DNA from: Minisyncoccota bacterium
GTDB lineage: Bacteria > Patescibacteriota > Minisyncoccia > Phycocordibacterales > Phycocordibacteraceae
NCBI GenBank assembly: GCA_041665205.1
Contig: JBAYJI010000001.1
Span: 1 to 63,748 of the forward strand
Length of the DNA stretch: 63,748 bases
Reading direction: 5' to 3'
Made by a program: the position numbers and the translations under genes. The first letter of the stretch is position 1, and each line of letters begins with the position of its first letter. Of this stretch, positions 36,890-44,992 are shown piece after piece. The notes under the pieces were generated by a model that saw only the letters and a list, made by a program, of their open reading frames with translations, did not search any database and had not been told where the DNA came from.

Positions 36890-36890
36890 T

Positions 36891-37829
36891 ATGAAAGAGT
36901 TTAAAGATAAGATCGTTCTGGTGACCGGGGGCACTGGTTCCATCGGATCGGAGATTGTCCGCCAATTGCTTAAGGCCGATGTTTCAAAGATACGTATCTA
37001 CAGTCGCGATGAGCACAAGCAACACGAGTTGCGCCAAGAGCTCGGTGCAAATTTGCGTCTGACATTCCTCCTTGGTGATGTGCGCGATAAGGATCGTCTC
37101 GACTTCGCCTTCAAGGGAGTCGACATCTGTTTCCATGCAGCGGCGCTCAAGCATGTACCGTTCTGTGAATATAATCCGTTTGAAGCGCTCAAGACAAATG
37201 CCATTGGCACGCAGAATGTCATCGATGTTTCGATACGAAACAATCTCGAAAAGGTTATTGCCATTTCGACCGACAAAGCTGTCAGTCCCGAATCCGTTCT
37301 CGGAGCTTCGAAGCTCATGGCAGAACGCCTTATCGCTGCAGCGAATCTCTCAGCCGGCAGCAGTCGTACGAAGTTCGCGTGCGTTCGCTTCGGTAATGTG
37401 GTGGGGTCGCGCGGCTCGGTCATACACCTCTGGCAACGTCAGATTGAAGAGGGCGGTCCGGTGACCGTCACGCACAAAAAGGTAACCCGTTTCTTTATGG
37501 AGATACCGCAGGCAGTTGGCCTCATCTTCGATGCCGTGAGGCTGATGCGGGGTGGAGAGATATTCGTGTTGAAGATGAAGAAGCATCGTATTGCCGATTT
37601 CGCGCTGGAGGTCATCAAGAAATTTAGTAACGGCAAGAAAATCGCAATAAAGTTCATCGGGTTGCGCCCCGGGGAGAAGCTTGATGAAGAACTCTTTACA
37701 AACGAAGAGCGCTCACACATGCTTGAAACCAAGGACATGTACATCATCACGCCGCAGCACATTCTGCCCGGTTACGAGTACCCGTCGTCCAATTACCCAG
37801 GTTCTCGCAAGGCCGTCATCAGGCGTTAG
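36891..37829 (+). CDS. Nucleotide-HexNAc 4,6-dehydratase (PseB/LegB/FlaA1/CapD short form)
   Basis: VLVTGGTGSIGSEIVRQL, IYSRDEHKQHEL, FHAAALKHVPFCEYNP, ISTDKAV...GASKLMAE. Confidence 0.85.
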   Translation: MKEFKDKIVLVTGGTGSIGSEIVRQLLKADVSKIRIYSRDEHKQHELRQELGANLRLTFLLGDVRDKDRLDFAFKGVDICFHAAALKHVPFCEYNPFEALKTNAIGTQNVIDVSIRNNLEKVIAISTDKAVSPESVLGASKLMAERLIAAANLSAGSSRTKFACVRFGNVVGSRGSVIHLWQRQIEEGGPVTVTHKKVTRFFMEIPQAVGLIFDAVRLMRGGEIFVLKMKKHRIADFALEVIKKFSNGKKIAIKFIGLRPGEKLDEELFTNEERSHMLETKDMYIITPQHILPGYEYPSSNYPGSRKAVIRR

Positions 37830-39623
37830 GTGATTGCAGGTATACTGGTGCATATGCCGCTATTTCCGATGTTTCGTATTCTCTGGCAGACATTTGGTCG
37901 ATACCGCTGGCACGTAATCGCCCTTGTCGTGTTCAGCGTCTCGAGCGCCTTGCTCGAGGGTGTCGGCATCAACGCGGTTATCCCGCTGATGTCGTTCTTC
38001 ACCGGCGGCGGAGGAAACACGGCAACGGACTTTATCACGAGCACGATACAGGGACTCTTCGGCCTCTTCTCCCTGCCGTTCACCTTCCGGTATCTGCTCG
38101 GCTTTATACTCGCTCTCTTCATCCTGCGGGCGATTTCGGTGGTCGTCTTCGGCTATATCCGCGGATGGATCAGCGCCGACTTCCTCGGGAAGGAGAGCGA
38201 AGAGGTGTTGCGCCGGGTGCTTCTCTCCGCGTGGCCGTTCTCGCTCCGACAGAAGATAGGCACTATGCACAACACCCTGGTGCGGGACGTGCAACAGTCC
38301 GGCGCGCTTCTCGGTTCGGTGGCGCAGATTGTCCAGTCGTTTAGCGGCTTCTTCATGTATCTCTTGGTGGCGGTCAATATCTCCCCGACAATGACGCTCT
38401 ACACGCTCGGCGGCGGTGCGGTCCTCCTGATCGTGTTGCGGCCGTTCCTTCGCCGCGCCCAGAACATCGGACAGCAAGCCGCGGGAGCCGAGAAGCAATT
38501 TGCGCAATTCTTGAGCGAGCACATCATCGGGATGAAATCGGTCAAAGCCGCCGGAGTGGAGCGCGAGGCGATCAACGACGGCAGCGCGCACATACGCCTC
38601 TTGCGCCACCTCTCGATACGACAGTCGCTCGTGCGCTCGCTCGGCGCGAGCTTCTTCCAACCGGTCAGCATCGTGCTCGTCGTCGTGCTTTTCCTGCTCA
38701 CCTACCACACGCCGACATTCAGCATCATCTCGTTTGCGGCATCGCTGTACCTGATACAGAAGATATTCACCTATCTCGAGTCCGGCCAAGTCGCGCTCCA
38801 GTCGATAAGTGAACTCGTGCCGTATGCGCAGAATATTGCCGCATTCAAACACAGTTTGGACGCGAATCGCGAGTCTTCCAAGGGTACGCTGCCCTTCGTC
38901 TTCGCTAAAGAGCTCTCTTTTAAGGGTGTCACCTTTGCCTATGACGAAGGCAGGCCGGTCCTCGACAATGTTAGCTTCTCGATACGGGCTGGAGAGATGA
39001 CCGGTCTTATCGGCCCGTCAGGTGCGGGGAAGACCTCGATCGCAGATCTTCTCTTGCGCCTTTTCAAACCGAACGAAGGAACGCTCACGCTCGACGGCGT
39101 GCCGAGTACGGACATTGCGCTTGGGGCGTGGCGCAAGAGCATCGGCTATGTGTCTCAGGACGTGTTCCTCCTCAACAGCACCATCGAGGAGAATATCCGA
39201 TTCTATAATCCTATCGTGACGACTGAGGATATTGAGAGCGCGGCGAAACAGGCGAATATCTATGACTTCATCAAGGGGTTGCCGGACGGCTTCCAGACGA
39301 TGACGGGCGATCGGGGAGTGATGCTCTCAGGTGGTCAACGCCAGCGCATCGCGCTTGCCCGCGCGCTTGTGGGGCATCCTTCGCTCCTTATTCTCGACGA
39401 GGCGACCAGCGCGCTCGACCACGAGTCAGAGAAGCTTATCCACGAGTCTATCCATGCGCTTCGCGGCAAGGTGACCGTATTTGTCATCGCACACCGCCCC
39501 TCGACGGTCGCCGAGGCCGACACGATCCTTGTCTTGAGCCACGGCCGAATCGAGGAGCGCGGCACGCCGCAGGAGCTGCTCCAGGACCATACTTCGTATT
39601 TCCACAAGATGCAGAAGGCCTGA
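37830..39623 (+). CDS. ABC exporter, fused permease/ATPase (MsbA/PglK-like)
   Basis: Six-helix TMD followed by Walker A GPSGAGKTS, signature LSGGQRQR and Walker B LLILDEATSALD. GTG 37830 abuts the upstream stop; ATG 37854 or 37869 are alternative starts. Confidence 0.85.
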   Translation: MIAGILVHMPLFPMFRILWQTFGRYRWHVIALVVFSVSSALLEGVGINAVIPLMSFFTGGGGNTATDFITSTIQGLFGLFSLPFTFRYLLGFILALFILRAISVVVFGYIRGWISADFLGKESEEVLRRVLLSAWPFSLRQKIGTMHNTLVRDVQQSGALLGSVAQIVQSFSGFFMYLLVAVNISPTMTLYTLGGGAVLLIVLRPFLRRAQNIGQQAAGAEKQFAQFLSEHIIGMKSVKAAGVEREAINDGSAHIRLLRHLSIRQSLVRSLGASFFQPVSIVLVVVLFLLTYHTPTFSIISFAASLYLIQKIFTYLESGQVALQSISELVPYAQNIAAFKHSLDANRESSKGTLPFVFAKELSFKGVTFAYDEGRPVLDNVSFSIRAGEMTGLIGPSGAGKTSIADLLLRLFKPNEGTLTLDGVPSTDIALGAWRKSIGYVSQDVFLLNSTIEENIRFYNPIVTTEDIESAAKQANIYDFIKGLPDGFQTMTGDRGVMLSGGQRQRIALARALVGHPSLLILDEATSALDHESEKLIHESIHALRGKVTVFVIAHRPSTVAEADTILVLSHGRIEERGTPQELLQDHTSYFHKMQKA

Positions 39624-39702
39624 ATATACGCGGCGTAGAGGCCGGCCGCATCTCTTGAAAGTTTCAAAAAGGCTTCGGTGTATACTAGGGAGGTAATAAT
39701 TA

Positions 39703-40560
39703 ATGAATCGTAACGTCATTAGTCACATGAATAAAAACATATATATTGCAGGGATTTCAGCGCTCGCGCTCGCCATGAGCGCAGTGCCGGCAGCAGCCTT
39801 TGCCGAGAATGGCGGCGGCGAAGCGCAGGGGAGTGAGAGTACACAGGTAAGCGTAACCGCACAGGCGGTGAGCGAGTCTGCGCGCGAAGGGCAGAAGCAG
39901 GAGGCAGAAGTCTCTCGTGAGCAAGAGAAGCAGCGCACCGAGATTGCACGCGAACAAGAGAAGAATAATCTCGAAGCAGGGAGCTCGACACGCCCTTCGA
40001 TTAAGGGCGGCGACGAAGACGGGCAGGAGATTGATCTCGAACTCGAGGACGATCAGGACCAGGCTCTCTCAAACGACGACCTGAACCAGAAGATTGAGGT
40101 CCGCAAGCATGAGCTTGAGCAAGAGGTCGCGAGCTCGACGCCTGATCATCAGGTTGCCGTAGAACATGCAAACGAGGTACGCCTCGCCGTGCATGCGCTC
40201 CTTGCCTCGAAGGATCTTATCGGCGGTATCGGGCAGCAGGTATCCGAGATTGCAAAGGAGGTGAACAACTCGGTCGCCTCGACGACGAATGCTGAGGCAA
40301 AGATTCAGTCGCGCGGATTTATCACCCGATTCCTCTTCGGTGGCGACAGCACCTCGGCAGAGGTGATCGCACAGGAGGCTGCGCAGAATCAGGCTCGCAT
40401 CGACAGCCTGACGGCGCTTCTCGGCCAGGCGAATATTTCTGCAGACCTGCAGGCGACGCTTACGGCCCAGATAACGGCGCTTAAGGACGCTCAGGCGCGT
40501 CTCCAGGCACTCGCCGACAAGGAGCAGAAGGCGTGGGGGCTCTTCAGCTGGAGGTTCTAG
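39703..40560 (+). CDS. Secreted acidic coiled-coil protein, unknown function
   Basis: GGGAGG (39688-39693) 9 nt upstream of the ATG. Signal peptide IAGISALALAMSAVPAAAFA. Glu/Gln-rich heptad-like sequence. Followed by a strong terminator. Confidence 0.65.
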   Translation: MNRNVISHMNKNIYIAGISALALAMSAVPAAAFAENGGGEAQGSESTQVSVTAQAVSESAREGQKQEAEVSREQEKQRTEIAREQEKNNLEAGSSTRPSIKGGDEDGQEIDLELEDDQDQALSNDDLNQKIEVRKHELEQEVASSTPDHQVAVEHANEVRLAVHALLASKDLIGGIGQQVSEIAKEVNNSVASTTNAEAKIQSRGFITRFLFGGDSTSAEVIAQEAAQNQARIDSLTALLGQANISADLQATLTAQITALKDAQARLQALADKEQKAWGLFSWRF

Positions 40561-40564
40561 GTGG

Positions 40565-40592
40565 AATATAGAAGATAGAATATAGAAGATAG
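40565..40592. repeat. Perfect tandem duplication of a 14-nt unit AATATAGAAGATAG
   Basis: 40565-40578 and 40579-40592 are identical, between the stop at 40560 and the terminator. Confidence 0.9.
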
Positions 40593-40599
40593 GGAGCGC

Positions 40600-40629
40600 A
40601 AAACGCCCCGCCTTTAGGCGGGGCGTTTT
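40600..40629 (+). terminator. Intrinsic terminator
   Basis: AAAACGCCCCGCC / loop TTTA / GGCGGGGCGTTTT, a perfect 13-bp stem including A- and T-tracts. Confidence 0.85.
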
Positions 40630-40646
40630 GTGTCTCTGTTATGCAG

Positions 40647-40674
40647 TTGACACCTCACACCGCAGGCGTATACT
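40647..40674 (+). promoter_or_regulatory. Near-consensus sigma70-type promoter (TTGACA, 16-nt spacer, TATACT)
   Basis: TTGACA 40647-40652 and TATACT 40669-40674. Confidence 0.5.
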
Positions 40675-40687
40675 GTCCATATACACG

Positions 40688-40719
40688 CCCCAGCTAGCCG
40701 AAAGGTCCGCTGGGGTTTT
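40688..40719 (+). terminator. Hairpin with GAAA tetraloop plus U-run, ~7 nt downstream of the predicted transcription start (candidate tiny RNA or attenuator)
   Basis: CCCCAGC (40688-40694) / GCTGGGG (40709-40715), inner GCC-GAAA-GGT, then TTTT (40716-40719). Confidence 0.5.
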
Positions 40720-40747
40720 CGTTATCTGACTGATAGAATACTAACCA

Positions 40748-41347
40748 ATGCAAACAGTCCTTTTGATAGACGGAGAGAATTTCAAAGGCAAGATAAAGAC
40801 TATTTTTAAAGAAGCTGGGAAAGAACGACCGATTTGGTATGAATACAATTTCAAGGGCCTTTTGGATAAGGTACTGAACGGACTTCAGATAGATCAGAAA
40901 GTTTTCTATTTCGCCCGCGTAAAGGAGCACCAAGACAGTAAAGAAAAATCAAAGTTACTCATTGAAGAACAGCGTTTATTGAAAACTCATTTGGAGAAGC
41001 AGGGTTTCGAAGTAGTACTGAGCGGTAGAGTACGCGGACAATGGGAAGACGGACAGGGAGGGAAGAAGATTCTTGTCTTCAAGGAGAAGGGTGTCGATGT
41101 GAAAGTTGCCGTAGATATGGTGAGCCTTGCCTGCGACAAGAAGGTGAAAGAAATAATTCTCGGCAGCTCAGATTCTGATCTCCAACCAGCGATTAAAGAA
41201 GTGCGAGACCGCAGCGTCAGTTGTGTATACCTCGGCTTCGAAGCCCAGCCGAATAAAGGTCTTTCATATACCACAAACCGGACGCTCTTGATACGTAATT
41301 CGGAATTGTTTGAGTTCGAGAAGATTCAAAGAATTCTAGTTCGCTAA
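40748..41347 (+). CDS. NYN-domain (LabA/PIN-like) putative ribonuclease
   Basis: VLLIDGENF N-terminal acidic motif, GVDVKVAVDM, ILGSSDSDLQPAI: the Asp constellation of NYN/LabA nucleases. Clearly more AT-rich than its surroundings. Confidence 0.75.
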   Translation: MQTVLLIDGENFKGKIKTIFKEAGKERPIWYEYNFKGLLDKVLNGLQIDQKVFYFARVKEHQDSKEKSKLLIEEQRLLKTHLEKQGFEVVLSGRVRGQWEDGQGGKKILVFKEKGVDVKVAVDMVSLACDKKVKEIILGSSDSDLQPAIKEVRDRSVSCVYLGFEAQPNKGLSYTTNRTLLIRNSELFEFEKIQRILVR

Positions 41348-41376
41348 ACCGTGATTATGGTATAGTTCTCGTAATT

Positions 41377-43554
41377 ATGGAGAGCGGCGGTACAGCAAAG
41401 CAGATTGCGCGATGGATAGCGCTCGGAGCGCTTTTCCTGATCCCGCTTGCGCCGCTTATCGTCGCTGACGGTTACTTCTTCCCCTTTATCTCCGGCAAGG
41501 CATTCTACTTCCGCATCATGGTCGAAGTGGCGGTCGCTGCGTGGGTAGTGCTCGCCTTCCTCGACAAGGAGTATCGGCCGCGCTTCTCCTGGATCGGGGC
41601 GGCAGTCGTCGCCTTTGTCGTGTGGATGTTCGTCGCCGACGCCTTCGCGCTGAACGCGGCGAAGGCGTTCTGGAGCAACTTCGAGCGCATGGAGGGCTGG
41701 GTGCTCCTCATCCACCTGCTCGGGCTCTTCTTCGCTATGAGCGCAGTGCTCCGTGCCGAGAAGAAGTGGCGTGGATGGTTCCTCACCTCGCTCGGCGTGT
41801 CAGTCGTCATTTCTGGCTACGCGCTTTTACAATTAAACGGCACGCTTGCGATACACCAGGGCTCGGTGCGCATCGATGCCTCGCTTGGCAACTCCGCATA
41901 TCTCGCAATCTACTTCCTCTTCAACGTGTTTATCGCGCTCTGGCTCGCACTCACCGAGAAGTACGCGTGGCTCACGTGGTCCCTAATCGCGCTCGCCGTG
42001 CTCGAGGCGATACTTATCTTCTTCACCGAGACGCGCGGCACGGTGATCGGTCTTGTGCTCGCTCTCGCTCTTGCCTCGCTCCTCACCGTACTCACGGCAG
42101 GCAAGCGCGCCCGCAGCTACGCCGCGCTTGCACTCGCGCTTATCGTCGTCCTTACCGGCGGTTTCTACCTCGCCCGCAACTCTGCCTTTGTACAAGGCAA
42201 TCACGTGCTCCAACGCGTTGCCTCGATCTCGCCCGCAGACGGCGAGACGCGCTTCACGATCTGGAAGATGGCGTCACAGGGCGTGCTCGAGCGCCCTATC
42301 CTCGGCTGGGGGCAGGAGGGCTTCAATTATGTTTTCAATACCTACTACGACCCGTCACTTTATCGTCAGGAGCCGTGGTTCGACCGTGCGCACAATGCAT
42401 TTATCGACTGGCTGACTGCAGGCGGCGTACCGGCCTTCTTGCTCTATCTCTCGCTCTTCGGCACCGCCCTCGTGCTGCTCTGGAGGAGCTCGGAGCTCTC
42501 GCGCCCCGAGCGTATCGCGGTCACTGCGGCGCTCGTCGGCTACGCAGTCCACAACTTCTTCGTCTTCGACAATCTCTACTCCTACGTCTACTTCTTCGCG
42601 CTCCTCTCGCTTATCGACTCACAGGTCGGGCGGCCGATTGCCTCGCTCGAGCGCGCGCCTGAGCTCGACGCTGACCTCGGCATGTCGTACGCGCTCCCGA
42701 TCGCGGCAGTGAGCGCCTTCGCGCTCGTATGGACGGTGAACGTCTCAGGGATGAACGTCTCGAAGAGTCTCATCGCCGCGATGTCACCCACGTCCACAGG
42801 TATCAAAGGGAATCTCGCATTGTTCCAGGAGCTCTCGGCACATCCAGGCTTCGCCGCACAGGAGGTCCGCGAGCAGCTCGTAAGCTTCGCCGCGACGGTC
42901 GTGCGGAGCTCGCAGGCGACAAACGAAGAGAAGCAGCAGGCGGTCACGCTTGCGGTAAAAGAGATACAGAAGCAGGTCGACGCGTATCCGCTCGACGCGC
43001 GCGAGCGGCTGCAGCTCTCCTACGTGTACCGCGCCGCCGGAGACAACGAGAACGCGCTCAGGGAGACAAGGGCGGCGCTTCTTCTCTCGCCCAAGAAGGA
43101 GTCGATCTGGCTCGAGGCAGGTGCGACCGAGTGGGACTTGGGCAAGGTAAAAGAGGCTCAGACTGATTTCAACACTGCGTATAAGCTCGGGCCGCAGTTT
43201 ACCGACCTCGCCGCCTACGCCGCAGCCGGCAATATCGCCGCTGGCGATAAAGCAGCAGCCGACAAGATATTGCGCGCCGCTTTTGGCACGACCGTCGTCG
43301 ACAGTGACATCCTCGCGATTGCGTATTACCGCACCAAGGATTGGCCGAGCCTCGTCGCGCTCTGGAAGCTGCGTACACAGAAGCCGAGCGCGACTGTCGA
43401 GACGTGGTTCTCGTTTGCGGCCGCCTATTACATGAGTGGCGACAAGACATCTGCAATACAGACAATCAACAAAGCGGTTGCGCTCTATCCGGCCGCTGCG
43501 GGAGCCGGTGCGGAAGCGATCAAGCAGATACAAGGGAAGGCCTCCGGTCAATGA
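41377..43554 (+). CDS. Wzy_C (O-antigen ligase/polymerase/O-oligosaccharyltransferase family) polytopic membrane protein with C-terminal TPR repeats
   Basis: ~12 hydrophobic helices with the FFTETRGTVIGLVLALAL region typical of Wzy_C. C-terminal ~250 aa TPR-like (YVYRAAGDNENALRETRAALLLSPKKESIWLEAG...). Confidence 0.75.
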   Translation: MESGGTAKQIARWIALGALFLIPLAPLIVADGYFFPFISGKAFYFRIMVEVAVAAWVVLAFLDKEYRPRFSWIGAAVVAFVVWMFVADAFALNAAKAFWSNFERMEGWVLLIHLLGLFFAMSAVLRAEKKWRGWFLTSLGVSVVISGYALLQLNGTLAIHQGSVRIDASLGNSAYLAIYFLFNVFIALWLALTEKYAWLTWSLIALAVLEAILIFFTETRGTVIGLVLALALASLLTVLTAGKRARSYAALALALIVVLTGGFYLARNSAFVQGNHVLQRVASISPADGETRFTIWKMASQGVLERPILGWGQEGFNYVFNTYYDPSLYRQEPWFDRAHNAFIDWLTAGGVPAFLLYLSLFGTALVLLWRSSELSRPERIAVTAALVGYAVHNFFVFDNLYSYVYFFALLSLIDSQVGRPIASLERAPELDADLGMSYALPIAAVSAFALVWTVNVSGMNVSKSLIAAMSPTSTGIKGNLALFQELSAHPGFAAQEVREQLVSFAATVVRSSQATNEEKQQAVTLAVKEIQKQVDAYPLDARERLQLSYVYRAAGDNENALRETRAALLLSPKKESIWLEAGATEWDLGKVKEAQTDFNTAYKLGPQFTDLAAYAAAGNIAAGDKAAADKILRAAFGTTVVDSDILAIAYYRTKDWPSLVALWKLRTQKPSATVETWFSFAAAYYMSGDKTSAIQTINKAVALYPAAAGAGAEAIKQIQGKASGQ

Positions 43555-44624
43555 AACTCGAAGAACACGTCCCGCTCGCGCCACTCACGACACTTCGTGT
43601 AGGCGGGGAGGCGCGTTTTTTCGTTGCGGCAGAGTCGGTCGAAGAGGTAATCGAGGCGCTCGACTACACACGCGTAAACGCGCTCCCGCTCTTCGTGCTC
43701 GGTGGCGGCTCGAACATCCTGATCTCTGACAAGGGCTTTGACGGGCTGGTGCTCTCGGTACGCATACCGGGCATTTCCCTCGAGAAGTTGGGTGACATGG
43801 TGCTCGTCACTGCTGGCGCAGGTGTCGTATGGGACGATCTTGTTGCGTACTCAATCGAACATGGGCTTGCCGGTATCGAGTGTCTCTCGGGTATCCCCGG
43901 TACGGTCGGCGGTGCCGTAGTCGCGAACTTGGGCGCGTACGGCGCGCAGGCGAGTGATACGTTCGTGAGCGCTGACGCGATCGATACGCAAGATGCGCAG
44001 CACACGCTGCATGTCATACGAAATGAGAAATGCGATTTTTCATACCATGACAGCATGTTCAGTCACACTGGAGGGCGTTACGTTGTGGTGCGGGCGACCT
44101 TCGCACTCTCGACCGCGCTCCCGCTCAAGATCTCGTATCGGGACAATCGCTTCGACCTCGCCGCGCTCGCCGCTACAAGCGGCAAGGAGCCGTCCCAGAG
44201 CGACGTGCGCGCCGCAATACTGCAGATGCGCGAAGAGAAAGGCGTACTCAGCACCTCCTACCAGAGTGCCGGGTCGTTCTTCCATATGCCGTTCGTCTCA
44301 GCAGAGAAATATACAGAGGTTACCGCGCTCGCTCGCTCGCTCGACGCTGCAAAGGAGGAGCGTTTGCGCCCCTGGGCGTGGAAGCAGCCCGACGGCTCTT
44401 ACAAGATAGCCGCCGGCTTCTTGCTCGAATACACCGAGTTCCAGAAAGGGTATACGCGCGGCGCTGCTGGCGTCTCGCCGCGTCACACGCTCGCGATTAT
44501 CAACGTCGCCGGTGCTCGTGCAGAGGACATCGCAGCGCTCGCGCGCGATATGCAAAACGCGGTCGAAAAGATATTCGGCATACATCTTGAACGCGAAGTG
44601 GAGTATGTCGGCGACGTCGAGTGA
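43551..44624 (+). CDS. murB: UDP-N-acetylenolpyruvoylglucosamine reductase
   Basis: ATGA overlap. PLAPLTTLRVGGEARFF, LGGGSNIL, GIECLSGIPGTVGGA, SAGSFF. ORF-track start 43341 rejected. Confidence 0.93.
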   Translation: MKLEEHVPLAPLTTLRVGGEARFFVAAESVEEVIEALDYTRVNALPLFVLGGGSNILISDKGFDGLVLSVRIPGISLEKLGDMVLVTAGAGVVWDDLVAYSIEHGLAGIECLSGIPGTVGGAVVANLGAYGAQASDTFVSADAIDTQDAQHTLHVIRNEKCDFSYHDSMFSHTGGRYVVVRATFALSTALPLKISYRDNRFDLAALAATSGKEPSQSDVRAAILQMREEKGVLSTSYQSAGSFFHMPFVSAEKYTEVTALARSLDAAKEERLRPWAWKQPDGSYKIAAGFLLEYTEFQKGYTRGAAGVSPRHTLAIINVAGARAEDIAALARDMQNAVEKIFGIHLEREVEYVGDVE

Positions 44625-44631
44625 GTGAATG

Positions 44632-44675
44632 AACTTTTGTAAAAAATATTTCGAGAAATATTTTTTACAAAAGTT
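44632..44675. terminator. Perfect AT-rich palindrome (21-bp arms, 2-nt centre) just after murB; likely bidirectional terminator or protein-binding site
   Basis: AACTTTTGTAAAAAATATTTC-GA-GAAATATTTTTTACAAAAGTT. Its 3' end overlaps a perfect DnaA-box 9-mer TTATCCACA (44674-44682). Confidence 0.6.
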
Positions 44676-44806
44676 ATCCACACATTATATTTTTTTCTTA
44701 CACAAAAAGTTTTTATCGCGCGATAATGATGTGTAGAAACGTTTGCGCATGAAATTTTTTTCGTGCACAGGCGGGTCGACTTATCAGCGCATAATTTCCA
44801 ACCACC

Positions 44807-44887
44807 ATGGCAAAAAAGCGTAAGGCAGTAAAGAAGGTCGCGAAGAAGGCAACGAAGAAGCGCAAGGCAGCAAAGAAGCGCGCATAG
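44807..44887 (+). CDS. Unannotated 26-codon Lys/Ala-rich basic peptide (MAKKRKAVKKVAKKATKKRKAAKKRA)
   Basis: ATG 44807 to TAG 44885-44887. Below the ORF-track length cut-off. CATAAT (44790-44795) lies 11 nt upstream and a strong terminator follows 25 nt after the stop, so it looks like a self-contained transcription unit. Confidence 0.5.
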   Translation: MAKKRKAVKKVAKKATKKRKAAKKRA

Positions 44888-44912
44888 TTTCGTATTCGTC
44901 TTTAAGAAAGAT

Positions 44913-44961
44913 CCCCCGTGAGATAGGCGAAGCCGCCATCTCATGGGGGTTTTTCTTTTTT
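44913..44961 (+). terminator. Intrinsic terminator after the small basic ORF
   Basis: CCCCCGTGAGAT (44913-44924) / ATCTCATGGGGG (44938-44949), one G-U pair, followed by TTTTTCTTTTTT. Confidence 0.85.
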
Positions 44962-44983
44962 CCATGCTTAAACCCCGGTATTT

Positions 44984-44992
44984 TGCTATACT
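44984..44992 (+). promoter_or_regulatory. Extended -10 element TGcTATACT, 8 nt upstream of the secA ATG
   Basis: TG 44984-44985, TATACT 44987-44992, ATG 45001. No Shine-Dalgarno sequence in between. Confidence 0.45.
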
